A DNA stretch of 64,000 bases, from contig JBHGNT010000010.1 of the NCBI GenBank assembly GCA_043228905.1, forward strand, positions 17,608,001-17,672,000. The letters run 5' to 3'. Both the position numbers and the translations under genes were made by a program. The stretch's first letter is position 1; each line of letters begins with the position of its first letter. Shown here in pieces: positions 24,001 to 36,329 of the stretch. The stretch is from Azolla caroliniana. Its lineage: Eukaryota; Plantae; Polypodiophyta. Under the pieces are notes generated by a model. The model ran no database searches. It was not told the DNA's origin and saw nothing but the letters and a program-made list of their open reading frames with translations.

Positions 24001-26349
24001 GAAGCTTAACAAGTCTTTGCCATAAGACAAGCAAGAGGTCTTTTTGAATGGCCTAGTTTAAGTTCGAGATATGCTTGAAACGTAGAAATTGTGCAAAAAA
24101 CATTTAGCACAATTATGGTTTCAAATATCATCTCATGGAATGGACTCAAAAGAGGCTATAGAGACAATGGATATGCCGAGGAGGTGTTGTATTAGTTTTG
24201 AATCGATGCAAGACAATATATGTATATTGTTTCCTTTAATTTTAATACCAATGGAGGATTTTTTTTATGGAAAAGTACTTGACAAGCTGGCACGGTGGCA
24301 TGAGATTGAGTGGCAAGATTCATTTATTGCATGTCATCAATCAATTTGAGCTTGATATTTACAAGTTTAGCAACTACTACATGCAACTTTTAAAACAACC
24401 TCCTTTAACCTTTAAGTCGTCCAATGGTAGTTCCTAGGATATTAAAATCTTCTTGTCCTCCCTTCCCACCCTCTACTTTTGGTCGAATCGACTTTTGCAT
24501 GCCAATCCTTGGTTTCCAACAAAAAGGCTCTTAAATTTTTACTTTTCTTATGGGAAATCTAGTAATTTCAAGCTTCATCTCCTTATATAAATTATACATT
24601 TCCTTGTAGCAATAAGATTTTTTTGATATGGCAATATTTATATATAATGCATGTTTTTCACTTAAATCCTAAATTACCCTCATGTTTTCGAAATTCCCAA
24701 TAGTCGAGCATATATATATATATAAGAGATGGGAACTTAGGCTATTAAATGTTTGGGTTGACTAACAAGTGGGGGTGTTGGGGGGCATTATGGTGTTTGT
24801 GGGATGGCAATGGATGGGAGCATAAAAATGCTATTGTCAAACATTTTTGTCTATGTCAAGATGAGTTGGGGATGTGTGTGTAGGTGGGATGAATTGTAAT
24901 GCCCGAAGTAGGGTATCAACCATTTTTGGACTAGGTGTTTTAGAGTTCAAATGCATACCATTGGTAAATATCTTCAAGGGTAAGTGATGGAAATGAAGTA
25001 CTATTTAAACTGTTAGGGTAATTAATTGTGAGAGCGATGGAATTAGGGTTTGTGGTCATCAATTTTTTGTCATTATTGAACTATTATTAACTATTATTAG
25101 ACGATGATGTCGAGGTAGATGGTTCAAACAAGCCAAATGGTTTGCATTTTTTTTTGTATTTTGTCATCGTGATACAAACCAGGCTGGCTAGATGTAGAAG
25201 TTTGTAGTTGCTCGTGCATGTGCCTCTTTGAACGGTTTGCAAATGTAGCTTCAACTTTCTTCATGATGATTGAGGCATGATTGTTCACATAATGTTTATA
25301 TCATCATTTCTATGAAAGAAAAATGGTTTTTGGGTTATTAATTGATGTTTTGCTGACAATAATTGGTTAAATGTTTCTTGGTGCATTTTTAAAACTAAAC
25401 ATTTTGGCCTAAGGTAATCATACATTAATTAGCAATTAACTAAAGTAGATAATTCACCGGCTTCAAGATGTTCAACCTACTCCTTAGTTTAGTTATTAGC
25501 TTTTTGAAGTCTATATAATATATAAACATTTAAAATGAAGGGGAATATTATATTTTACACTTAATACTGTCTTTATATTATATTAAATTATATTTAACCT
25601 AAAATTGTAAAGCAAAAAGTAGAAATAGAAAACAATCATCACTATATAACCTTGATTGGAGGAGAGGTCGTCCAACATGATGAGCCAATTCTAGGCTCTA
25701 AAGAGAATTCACAACACTTGTAGTAAGCATGCAACATTGTCACGCATTTCAACGAGTAGTTTTGAGTAAGGGAATAAGACTATCTTAAACCAAGATTAGG
25801 TTTGGATGGTTGGACACCTTCTAACATGTTGTGTAAATGCAATATGGTCTATGGCCATAGCCATTAGGTTTCATCTTTAGTTAAGCTTTGTAGACAAGCT
25901 CAAGAGTATGCTCGATAGGAATGCTTGGTTGGCTTCATAGGTAGGGTTGCTTGGCTTTATTACAATGTAGGCTTAATTGGCTTTGTATGTATGTTTTGTG
26001 TTATTTTGATGGACAAGGGGGAAGAATTGGTTTGGTAGAGAGTAAGCCAAGGGTTGGTCGCCTAAAGCAATGTTGGCTGCGTTATTTGTTTGGACGCCAA
26101 TAATAATCTTTATTCTCAATAAGATGGCATTAATGTCTAGAATGTTTTTCACTAATACATTACTTTAAACTCGTACTTATTTGTTAGCTAGAGAGAAGTG
26201 TTTTGTCTTAGCTTCATATTTCGGATCAAACTAATGATGAACTAAAGAACAAGCGATTAAGGAGAAGAATGGATTAAGGGTGCTTAACCACACCAACCAA
26301 CATCAAGCAAAAGGCATGAGACAAATATAAAATACCATTAGTGCCTAAT

Positions 26350-28507
26350 TGTAAAAGATTGCTTGCGGAAGCGTTAGAAAGAACAATACACAAAGAGAGA
26401 GAGAGAGAGAGTACGCGGGAGAGACACAAAGAGAGAGAGAGAGAGAGAGAGCAAGACACACTATTTTCCAAAATTATATGAATACTCTGTGCTCTGTATC
26501 TACAACGCGCTCATCAGCACTATTTATACAAGTCCACACGCGACTGTTAGAAGTACGGTGTACTTCAATGCTCACACGAGCATCTGACACTAACTACGAG
26601 ACTATAACTGCCTAGTAGTCTAACCTATACTAGGCTTCCGGTTACGGATTGGATCCGGCATACCGGCTCCCCAGCTCACCGGTCCTTATTGCTTACCGGC
26701 TCGGTTGCTCACCGGCATACCGATTCATCTCGCTTACCGGCTCAGGCTTATTCAGCCGATCCGGCTCCGGTTGAGCTTGTCGCTCAACACTCCCCCTCAA
26801 GCTCAACCTGACGTAGGGTCGTAGTGTCAACCTCTATGGCAGCCGGTTCTTCCAACCAACTTCTCCTAGCGTCGCTTCGCCTTGCTCGCGCTCCTTGTCC
26901 GGTCCGGTCCCGTTTGCCGCGACCCCTTTGGTTCTGCGCGCCTCGACCTTCGGCATGTATGCTCAATAGGCCCATCTCAGCTCCTTCACTGCTATGACTC
27001 CGGCACTTGCCGATCCGTCGGTTCCACCGTGATATCATCGACTTCCGTTGCGTCCGTGTCTCCTTGGCCTCTCGTTGATCCAACTCATCCGGATCCGTCT
27101 GTTGATCCGAATCGGCTGTCTCCGACTCGTTCCAACTCTTGTCCGAATCGGTATCCTCCGATTCGATTTTCGGCTTCAGGCCTCTCACCACATCGGACCA
27201 CGTCCAGGCCTTGGCCTTCTCCGTGCTTCCCTTGGCTTCTTCAGCCGGTTCACCAAAGTCAAATTCTTCATTCGACTCCGCATCATGGCCATTACGATCG
27301 TGATGACCTCGCATAGCATGCACTTCTCTTCCTGAGTGTACTCTTCTTCTTCACAACCGCTCACTCCAACCTGTTCGGATGTGCCGACTTCCTTCGTTGA
27401 CTCGGCTTCATTTTTCTTCTTGTCTCCACCTCTACTAGTTCTTCTCTTACCTACGGGTTCAACAGTTTTTTTGCCTTTGCCCATTTCGGTAGTGTCTTTG
27501 CCCTTGCATCTCCCCCTCAAGTGCGGCACGTCGAGATGCTGAACACCAAGCATTTCGGTAAACTGTTGCAACTTGTCCGACCCGAGCGACTTGGTGAAGA
27601 TGTCGGCAACTTGCCGATCCGTGTGAACATATCGTAGTTCAACTTCACCACTCAGGACCCGCTCACGCACGAAGTGATAATGCACTTCTATGTGCTTTGT
27701 GCGAGCATGGAACACAGGGTTCTTGGCCAGCTGCATGCTGCTAAGGTTATCGCAGTAGATCATGATCGGGGTCGGTACCTTGATCCGCAGGTCTTGCAGT
27801 AGTCGTCGAAGCCAAATGGCTTCGCAGGTGGTAACAGTCGCGCCCCGGTATTCAGCCTCAGTGCTGGATAGAGCCACTGTTGGCTGCTTTTTGCTACTCC
27901 ACGCAACAGCCACGTTCCCAAGAGAAAACATAAAGGCGGAAGTTGAGCGACGATCTGTTGCATCGCCAGCCCAATCGGCATCTGTGTAGCCAACAAGCTC
28001 TTCGGTTATACCTTGCCGGTATAAGAGCCCCCCGTCCTTAGTGCCGCTTACATACCTCAGTATTCGTTGTGCGCACTAAAGGTGCTCCACGATCGGCTTC
28101 TGCATGAATTGGCTTACCACTCCGACCGGATAGCTAATGTCGGGTCGGGTGATGGTCAAGTAGATCAGGCTTCCGACTATTTGTCGAAACCTTTTCTCAT
28201 CGCAGGCTGGTCCAGAGTTGGGACGGATCTTCTAATTCCGGTCCAGGGGTGTGGAGACAGGTCGGCATTCCATCATGCCGAACTTGTACAATATATTCAA
28301 CACATAATGGCGTTGAGAAAGCAATATGTCATCGAGGGTGCGGATCACCTCGATCCCAAAAAAAAATGAAGGTCCCCCAAGTCCTTCATATCGAATGTGT
28401 CCGACAACTGGGACTTGACGCGGTTGATTTCCGGAAGACCTGGGCCGATGATGACTAAATCATCAACATAGAGTAAGATACATACCGGACCGTTTGAGCC
28501 TTGACGG
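26350..28507 (-). mobile_element. 3' half of Copia family A copy 2 (RT end, RNase H, 3' extension, 3' LTR)
   Basis: LTR 26350-26789 is homologous to the family A LTR, with (CT)n expansions. PPT at 26790-26800. ORF 27185-27931 encodes RNase H (WSSKKQPTVALSSTEAEY). YVDD motif at about 28460. Cut off at 28507. Confidence 0.92.
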
Positions 28508-30509
28508 GAGGAGATCAATTACGTCAGCTTCTCAGCTGATGTGCTACCAGACGACCCGAACATACTATCAATCGAAAATCCAGTCGGCTCAGAAGTTCTG
28601 CTCACGACTGAAGAATCGAGCACATGGCTCTTGGATTCGGGTGCGTCATTTCACGTGACTCCTCATCGATCCCAATTTCGGCAATATACGATCCGTCACT
28701 CCGACTCAGTTCGGGTCGGCAACTCACAACACTGTGACATCATCGGAATCGGCACAGTAGAGCTCAACCTTGCAGGTGGCTCTACACTTGTACTCCACAA
28801 TGTCCGACATGTACCCGAGCTCTCAAGGCCATTGATCTCAGTCGGACAACTAGATGAAGACGGCATTCGTGCCGGTTTCTCTTCGGGAGGGTGGACACTC
28901 CACAGGGGGAACCTCCTGCTTGCTAGAGGACCCAAGATACACTCACTGTATCCGTTACATGTTACGCTCAGAGAGGGTAACCTGTTTTTGGTGGATATTC
29001 CTGTGTCATCACTATGGCATCGAAGATTAGGACACCTCAGCAAGGCCGGCATAACGCATCTATCTAGAGCCGGATACATCCCTAAACTCTCCTTCTCCGA
29101 CCATCAATTCTGCGAGCATTGCCAGTATGGCAAACAAGCCGCCGCATCACACCCGACATCAGCACCAAGAGAAACGAGACCTCTCGATTTAGTCCATTCG
29201 GACGTCTGTGGCCCAATGCCGCATCAGTCTCTAGGCGGTGCCTCTTACTTCGTCACTTTTATTGACGATTCGACTCGAAAGGTGTGGGCTTATCCAATTC
29301 GCACCAAAGATCGGGTCTTCTCGATCTTCACCGATTGGCTCGCTATGGTGGAAAATCAAACCGACCGAAAGCTGAAATGCTTTCGGACAGACAATGGGGG
29401 AGAGTTTAAATCCGAAGAATTCGTCAAATTCTGCCGACAACGCGGCATCCGACGTGAATTTACGGCACCACACAGCCCGGAGCAAAACGGGATTGCCGAA
29501 CGCATGAATCGGACAATCCAAGAACGGATAGTTTCCATGCTCCAACACTCCGGACTGTCGGATGGCTTCTGGGCAGAGGCTCTACTCACGGCAGTACACA
29601 TAATCAATATGTCGCCAAGTAGACCTCTAGGACTTCAAATTCCTCAGGAACTATGGATCGGCAGTAAGCCGAATTACGACAAGCTGAGGATCTTCGGATG
29701 CGAGGCGTACGCTCTTATTCCGAAAGATGATCGCCGAAAACTTGCACCTCGGTCCAGGAAATGCATTTTCCTTGGATATGGATCCGACGGCGAAATGGGA
29801 TACCGACTCTGGGACCCCGAACGCAGACAAATCGTTCGAAGTTCGGACGTTGTGTTCAACGAGTCGGCTATGAATCCATCAGTCGAAAAACCGATCGAAG
29901 TCCGAAGGGTAACATTTTCCGATGTGCCGACCCTTCAAGAAGGCCCCGCTCACAACACACGGTCAGCTTCACGGGTAGCTGAACCTTACACTACCGACTC
30001 GGACAACTCCGACTCGGCACAGCCGAATGATTCGCTTTCGGACCATCCGACCCCGATACCCGATGCGACCAGTCCAATCTTACCTCGACGATCCGAGAGA
30101 CTGTCGCAACCTCCGGAGAGGTATTCTCCTGGAATTTTCTTCACCGACGCCGGTGAACCGACGTCTTACGAAGAAGCATCGACATCTGTCGATTCAGCCA
30201 CCTGGCATCTGGCGATGGAGTCGGAAATGCACTCCATTCGGGCAAACAAGACTTGGGATCTGGTTGAATTACCCAGGAACCGACGTGCTCTTCCTTGCAA
30301 GTGGGTTTATCGACTAAAAGAGACGTCTGATTCGACCACCCCAAAGTACAAGGCCAGATTAGTTGCGAAGGGCTTCCGACAAGAATATGGCGTCGACTTC
30401 GACGAGATTTTTTCACCAGTGGTGAAAATGACAACCCTTCGTTTCCTACTCGGCGTAGTGGCAGCCGACAACTTGGAGCTGATTCAGCTAGATGTCAAAA
30501 CAGCCTTCC
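28508..30509 (+). mobile_element. Internal fragment of Copia family B (protease, integrase, N-terminal RT)
   Basis: ORF 28541-30565 is nearly identical to the corresponding part of the intact polyprotein at 45197-49228 (WLLDSGASFH, HSDVCGP, FIDD, RTDNGGEF, NGIAER, LDVKTAF). It lacks its own 5' LTR and gag. Confidence 0.95.
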
Positions 30510-32132
30510 TGTTGGAGACAATGTCGTCTGTGCGGAAGATCAAGAAGCATTCGATTCTTCTCTGAGTACCTGCGTATGAGAGATTGTAGGTCGTTGCACA
30601 GAGAGAGAGAGAGAGAGAGAGGCACAAAAGAGTCTTTATTTCATAAAGCAAATAATACAACAACCAACCTCACAAAGAGGTTACAAGGTCACTATATATA
30701 GTGACCGACTTAGGGCAACTACCCTTTATGCTAATTACATAAATGGCCAAAACGGGATAGTGTGAATACGTCCATTATACACATGTATTCGACACTCCCC
30801 CGTAATGGGCGTATACATGGGTTATCTAAGATTACAGGTATAGACTTAGGTTCTCGGACATATCAGCTTTGTTCGAGTCGGCAGGGTCCGAAGGCAGAAG
30901 ACCGAACTGGTCGGGTCGGAACAGTTGAAGCCGATCATTAAGGAACTGATGTCGGTTGTCGGGAACCATCCTGCTCTGTGTCCGGCTCTAACCGGACTGG
31001 TTTGTCGTTACGCCCATCTGATGCCGAAGAGACCGAAAGCGGTCTGCCGAAAGACACTTGGTCATTCCATCTGCGACATTGTCGGTTGTGGATATTTTCT
31101 CTAGACCGATTTTCCCTGAAATGACGCAGTCCCGAACGAAGTGATATCGAACGTCGATATGCTTGGAGGCGTTGTGGTGAACCGGATTTTTCGACAGGGC
31201 AACAGCGCCTTGACTGTCGCTATAGACAACTAGGGCCGAGTCATGGTCGACTTGCCGAAACGTGTGCGCCAGCCGACCAAGCCATAAGGCTTCTTTTGCT
31301 GCGTCGGACGCAGCTACATATTCTGCTTCGGTCGTTGAGGTCGCTGTGCACTCCTGAAGTTTCGACTTCCACGAGATTGCTCCATTGCCGAATTTGAAGC
31401 AGTATCCGGTTGTTGATTTCCGACTGTCTATACAGCCGGCGAAATCCGAGTCGGTGTAACCGACTACGCCTGAGGTTCGGTTCGGACCGAAAAGAATGCC
31501 GTGATCTTTTGTGCCAGCCAGATATCTGAACACATGCTTGACTGCGTTCCAATGCGATCGGCCAGGATTGTGCATAAATCTGCTAACGACTCCTACGGCA
31601 TGAGAGATATCAGGCCGTGTCGCGACCATCAGGTACATAAGGGAGCCGACTGCCGGTGCATACGGTACCGACTTCATATCTTCCCCCTCCGAACCGGATG
31701 TCGGGCAGTCTCGCTGAGAGAGCCGAAGATTCATAGGGAGCGGGGTTGAAGCAGATTTGGCTGATTGCATGTTGAAGCGTTCCAAGACACGTCCGATATA
31801 GTCGGTCTGAGACAAAAAAAGATGTCGTTTATCGCGATGCCGACTAATCTTCATGCCAAGGATGTGTCGTGCCGGACCGAGGTCCTTCATGGCAAACTTC
31901 AACCGCAGTTGCCGAACGAGATCGGCAAGTTCGCCCGCGTGGCGTCCAGAAATTAGCATGTCGTCCACGTAAATGATGAGGAAGATGGGTGATCCATCTT
32001 GAGCTGTATTGGTGAAGAGACAATGGTCCTCATCGCTTTTGGAGAAGCCGATCGATTGGATGAAGTCGTCGAACTTCTTGTACCATTGTCGTGGTGCCTG
32101 TTTGAGGCCGTATAGACTCTTCCTGAGTCGGC
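30510..32132 (-). mobile_element. 3' part of another Copia family B copy (RT end, RNase H, 3' LTR), opposite orientation
   Basis: LTR 30510-30794 (TG...CA), PPT complement CTCCCCCGT at 30795-30803, ORF 30988-32130 with YVDD and RNase H. Runs into the assembly gap. Confidence 0.93.
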
Positions 32133-32134
32133 GG

Positions 32135-32159
32135 AGTACTCTGCGTTGATGCCAGTCGC
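32135..32159 (-). other. Library adapter remnant (SMART / PacBio ultra-low-input type oligo)
   Basis: AGTACTCTGCGTTGATGCCAGTCGC closely matches the reverse complement of AAGCAGTGGTATCAACGCAGAGTACT (16 exact nt, then a few mismatches) and replaces the expected Copia sequence at the contig end. Confidence 0.85.
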
Positions 32160-32259
32160 NNNNNNNNNNNNNNNNNNNNNNNNNNNNNNNNNNNNNNNNN
32201 NNNNNNNNNNNNNNNNNNNNNNNNNNNNNNNNNNNNNNNNNNNNNNNNNNNNNNNNNNN
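32160..32259. other. Scaffold gap (100 N)
   Basis: Run of 100 N. Confidence 1.
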
Positions 32260-32690
32260 AAGTAACAACAGAAAATTACTATATACTGCACAAATAGATG
32301 AAAGCTGAAAAGCTTTGAGTTATCAAATACATAGATTGCAGAGACTAGACTCTTCTTCTTCTTCTTCCTTTCTCTGTTTCCTCCTCCTCCCCCCCCCCCC
32401 CTTGCTGGAAAACTCGTGTGCCCACTTCACCCGTTCTTGGTTCTAAGCGCTTATATGAAACGGTCGCCCATGTCACGATTCTTGCCCAAATCTCTATACT
32501 GTATATGATCTTCCTCCTCATCAAGATTTTTTTGGTGAAAGATCTAATCTAAAGGTTTCTCATATCAGGAATCTTGCTCAAATGTCTCCAATGTAAAGCA
32601 AGATTCTTGCCAGACATCTCCAGAAAACAAATTGCCCACATCGAGAATCGTCCGTCAAATCTTTATCATTAGAAAGAGGGATTTTCCGAG

Positions 32691-35600
32691 ATGAATCGTA
32701 GGAACTTCATTTTCCTTTGTTTCATCTCATTTTTTGCATTCATTATAACCTATACAACGATCAACACGATATCACATCTGAGCAGTAGATCGTCTAAAGA
32801 GAAAACACTCTTCATGGGAGGCCACGAAATTGACCCAGTCATAAGAATGCCTGCTCGCTTGCGATCTCAAAGGAAAGGGAAACGTCTCTTTCACACTGCG
32901 CTCACAGCCAACGATGCCGCATACAATCGGTGGCAATCTAGGATCATGTATTATTGGTTCAAGAAGTTTCAAGATCTTCCAGGATCGGAGATGGGCGGTT
33001 TCACGCGTATCCTCCATTCGGGAAAGCCAGACAACTTCATGGACGAGATCCCAACATTTGTTGCGGATCCGCTTCCTGAGGGTGTTGATCGAGTGAGTTC
33101 TTTTATCTTAACCTTCTCTCATAAACGTTTCATTTGCTATTATTCTCTAATCAATTCATAAAACTTGCAAAATTTTTATTATCATCAAAGACTGGGTTTT
33201 TATTCAGATGAACTTGGGTTTTAATTCCTTGAATCTAACAATCGTGTGAAAATTTCCCCCTCTATATACTTATATATTGAATATTAATATGCTTAATTTT
33301 TTTGGAAACTAGTTGGTTAAGGGAACTATAAGTACTATTTGGAAGCCACAGAAATGATCTCCTTTGGAGCATCCATGTTTCCTCATATATGTAACTTATT
33401 TAGCTTAACAACATATTAGAAGGCTCTCAAGGTAATTTTTTATTGACCTCAATATTTAGAATTTTAGAATTTATGAGACAACGCTTTTCTAATATGAAGC
33501 TCAAAACTTCTCTTAATTTATTCCACTATAGAGTGTGAAGGACGATTAAGAAGTCACAGAAGAAGTGAATTTGTTTTGGTTTTCGATTGATGTAAGAGCA
33601 TCCTGATCTTTCGTTTGAACTTAAAGTATTCTTGCTGATTCTTGTTAGTGCATAGTATTTATGTTGAATTCAATTCTGTTAGCTAAAGATGGGGGTTTTG
33701 ATTCCATTAAAGTTAAGTTTCAATGCAAATAAGAATGGAAAAACTGTTCATTGAAATGCTGATAACGAAATTACAGTTTCTAGTCTATTAAAGACAAGTT
33801 TCAATGCAAATAAGAATGGAAAAATTGGTCATTTACATGCTGTTATCAAAAGGTAGAGTTTCTATTCTATTAAAGTGGAGTTTCAATCCTGTTAAGAATG
33901 AGGGGTTTCCATCTGACTGAAGATGGGATTTTAATTCAATCGTGAAGATGCAAATACTTAAATAGATTATCTAAAGCTTCATCAAAAGATCACAATCTTG
34001 ATGTTATGCAGCTGCCAAGATTAGGACTCTCCTAATTGATGAGAGATAATTATGCAAAAACCCTGAATAGTTAAATTATGTAAATGCTCATAGCTAGGAA
34101 TAACCATGTTATCTCATAAGTTTTGTCTTTCATTAAAAGGCGATTATTGCAACAAATATATTTTTCTGGTTTGTCCGTAATGCGTTTATATGCTTTTTGC
34201 TCGTCAAATCATGAGTAGGCTTCTCACACAATTTTTTCGTTTTAATATCCTCTCTTTATGCTCACCTTTTCAGGGTTATGTTGTTCTTAATAGACCTTGG
34301 GCCTTTGTACAATGGCTCTCAAAAGCTCACATTGAAGAGGAGTAAGTTGATTTTTTGTTTTGTTTTATGAACTTATATTTTTCTACTGTATTTTATTATT
34401 ATCATCGTAAGTTCTCATACATTTAATTTTAGGTATATACTTATGGCAGAGCCCGATCATATTATTGTGAAGCCATTGCCAAATCTTGCCACTGCAGAGT
34501 TACCGGCAGCATTTCATTTCTTCTACATTACACCAAAGGAGTATGAAAAGATTATTCGCAAATATTTCCCTGAGGAGAATGGCCCAGTTACTAATATTGA
34601 TCCGATTGGGAACTCCCCAGTGATGATCAAGAAGGTAAATAGATCATTTTATCAATCTATATCTATATATTCTTTTTTATTGCCCCACTTATTTCATTGC
34701 ATATTTCTTCAAATTTCTCACTGAAGATCAATAGTTACGATGATCTATCATCTTGATACAAAAGACCATCCACCGTCAGGTGATTAAAAGCATAGATTGT
34801 TTTGTGGTAGATATTAATCATTACAGTATTTCATATTTTTTTATTGTCATTGCAAAAATTGCTATGATTTCATTGGGAGATGTTAAGAATTGGAATGATC
34901 TATCCCCATCATGATGGAAGTTGGAAAACATCATCGAAGATCTTAATAATTGCAATGATCCATTACGATGGTCCTTGGCAATGAATATTCCATGTTTTAA
35001 AATTTTAAAAGAACAAATAGCTCATCGTTTATTTTTATTATTATTATTATTTCTGGACAGTTTTTTCCTTGTGGACAGAGTTGCACATGATATACTTTTT
35101 TGTTATTTTTTCTCTCTAGGCCCAACTTGAGAAGATTGCGCCCACATGGGTCAATGTCTCATTGGCGATGAAAAATGATCCTGAGGCGGACAAGGCCTTT
35201 GGTTGGGTCCTTGAAATGTGAGATAAAATAGTTTTAATGTGTCAATCATCAAATGTGGAAAATTGTCTATATCAAAGTGTTAAAAACTATTTACTGTAGG
35301 TATGGATATGCTATTGCTTCTGCTCTTCATGGAGTTCAACATATCTTGAGAAAGGACTTTATGATTCAGGTTTATTTTCTTTTATTTACATCGATGTGAT
35401 GATCATTTGTAATAAGTGTATCCATTTGACTTATACTCTGATTTTTTTTCCAGCCTCCTTGGGATTTGGAAGTCGGAGATAAGTTCATTATCCATTACAC
35501 TTATGGATGTGATTATGCCATGAATGTGAGTTTCATCAAGAATCTTGTTTATTATTTTCTTTTATTTAGAGGTTCCATGAGTATTTTTATCGATATGCTC

Positions 35601-36329
35601 ACTAGTGATTTTCTTCAATTTATCTGCAGCTTATTTACTGCATTTATGCATGTTTTCTTCTTGGAGAAGTTCTTTTTCTCTCCTACACTGCCTTTTTTGT
35701 CATATTCTCGTTTCCTTCTTACTTAATTTGATTGGATGACCCTTGGGAATAGGGGCGATACCTAGTACTAAAAAGCTGTCGTTACATGTGTGTACATTCA
35801 GGCATGCATGCATGTTTGTGTATATGCACACATAGAAATGAATGCATTGAATGCATACATACAAGCAACTATATGTATGGATGAACTGCATGCATGCGTG
35901 CAAACATATATACATACATGCATGCAAGTAATGGCCTTGGTTTGCTGAAAGCTTCAAGCTATTAATTTCTTCAAGCTTGTAAGGAATAGACAATGGAAAA
36001 CTGATGAATTTTCTTCCACATGGGTAAAATAGACAAATCTTAGTAAAATGACAAGGTGTCTTTGCTTCAGGGTTCACTCACCTATGGAAAGATAGGTGAA
36101 TGGAGGTTTGACAAAAGAAGCTATGGCTCTGGTGCCCCTCCAAAAAACTTACCACTACCACCGCCTGGAGTACCGGAAAGTGTGGTATATTGTCATTCTC
36201 TGTCTTCTGCAAATTTGTACCCTAAACATTTTCTCTTAAATGTTGTTTTCTTTCCATTTATAGGTGACCTTAGTAAAAATGGTTAATGAAGCTACCGCAA
36301 ACATTCCGAATTGGAAAGAAGGGGAATGA
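32691..36329 (+). CDS. HPAT: Hydroxyproline O-arabinosyltransferase (GT95, HPAT/RDN1 family), 8 exons, about 363 aa
   Basis: Exons 32691-33092, 34274-34341, 34433-34634, 35120-35217, 35300-35369, 35454-35525, 36071-36184, 36264-36329 (1092 nt, all GT-AG). N-terminal TM anchor; motifs WQSRIMYYW, MGGFTRILHSG, GYVVLNRPWAFVQW, MAEPDH, PIGNSP, FGWVLEMY, IIHYTYGCD, WRFDKRSY. Confidence 0.95.
33702..33900. repeat. About 80-bp tandem repeat (2.5 copies) in HPAT intron 1
   Basis: Repeated core attaaag...aagtttcaatgcaaataagaatggaaaaa. Confidence 0.7.
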
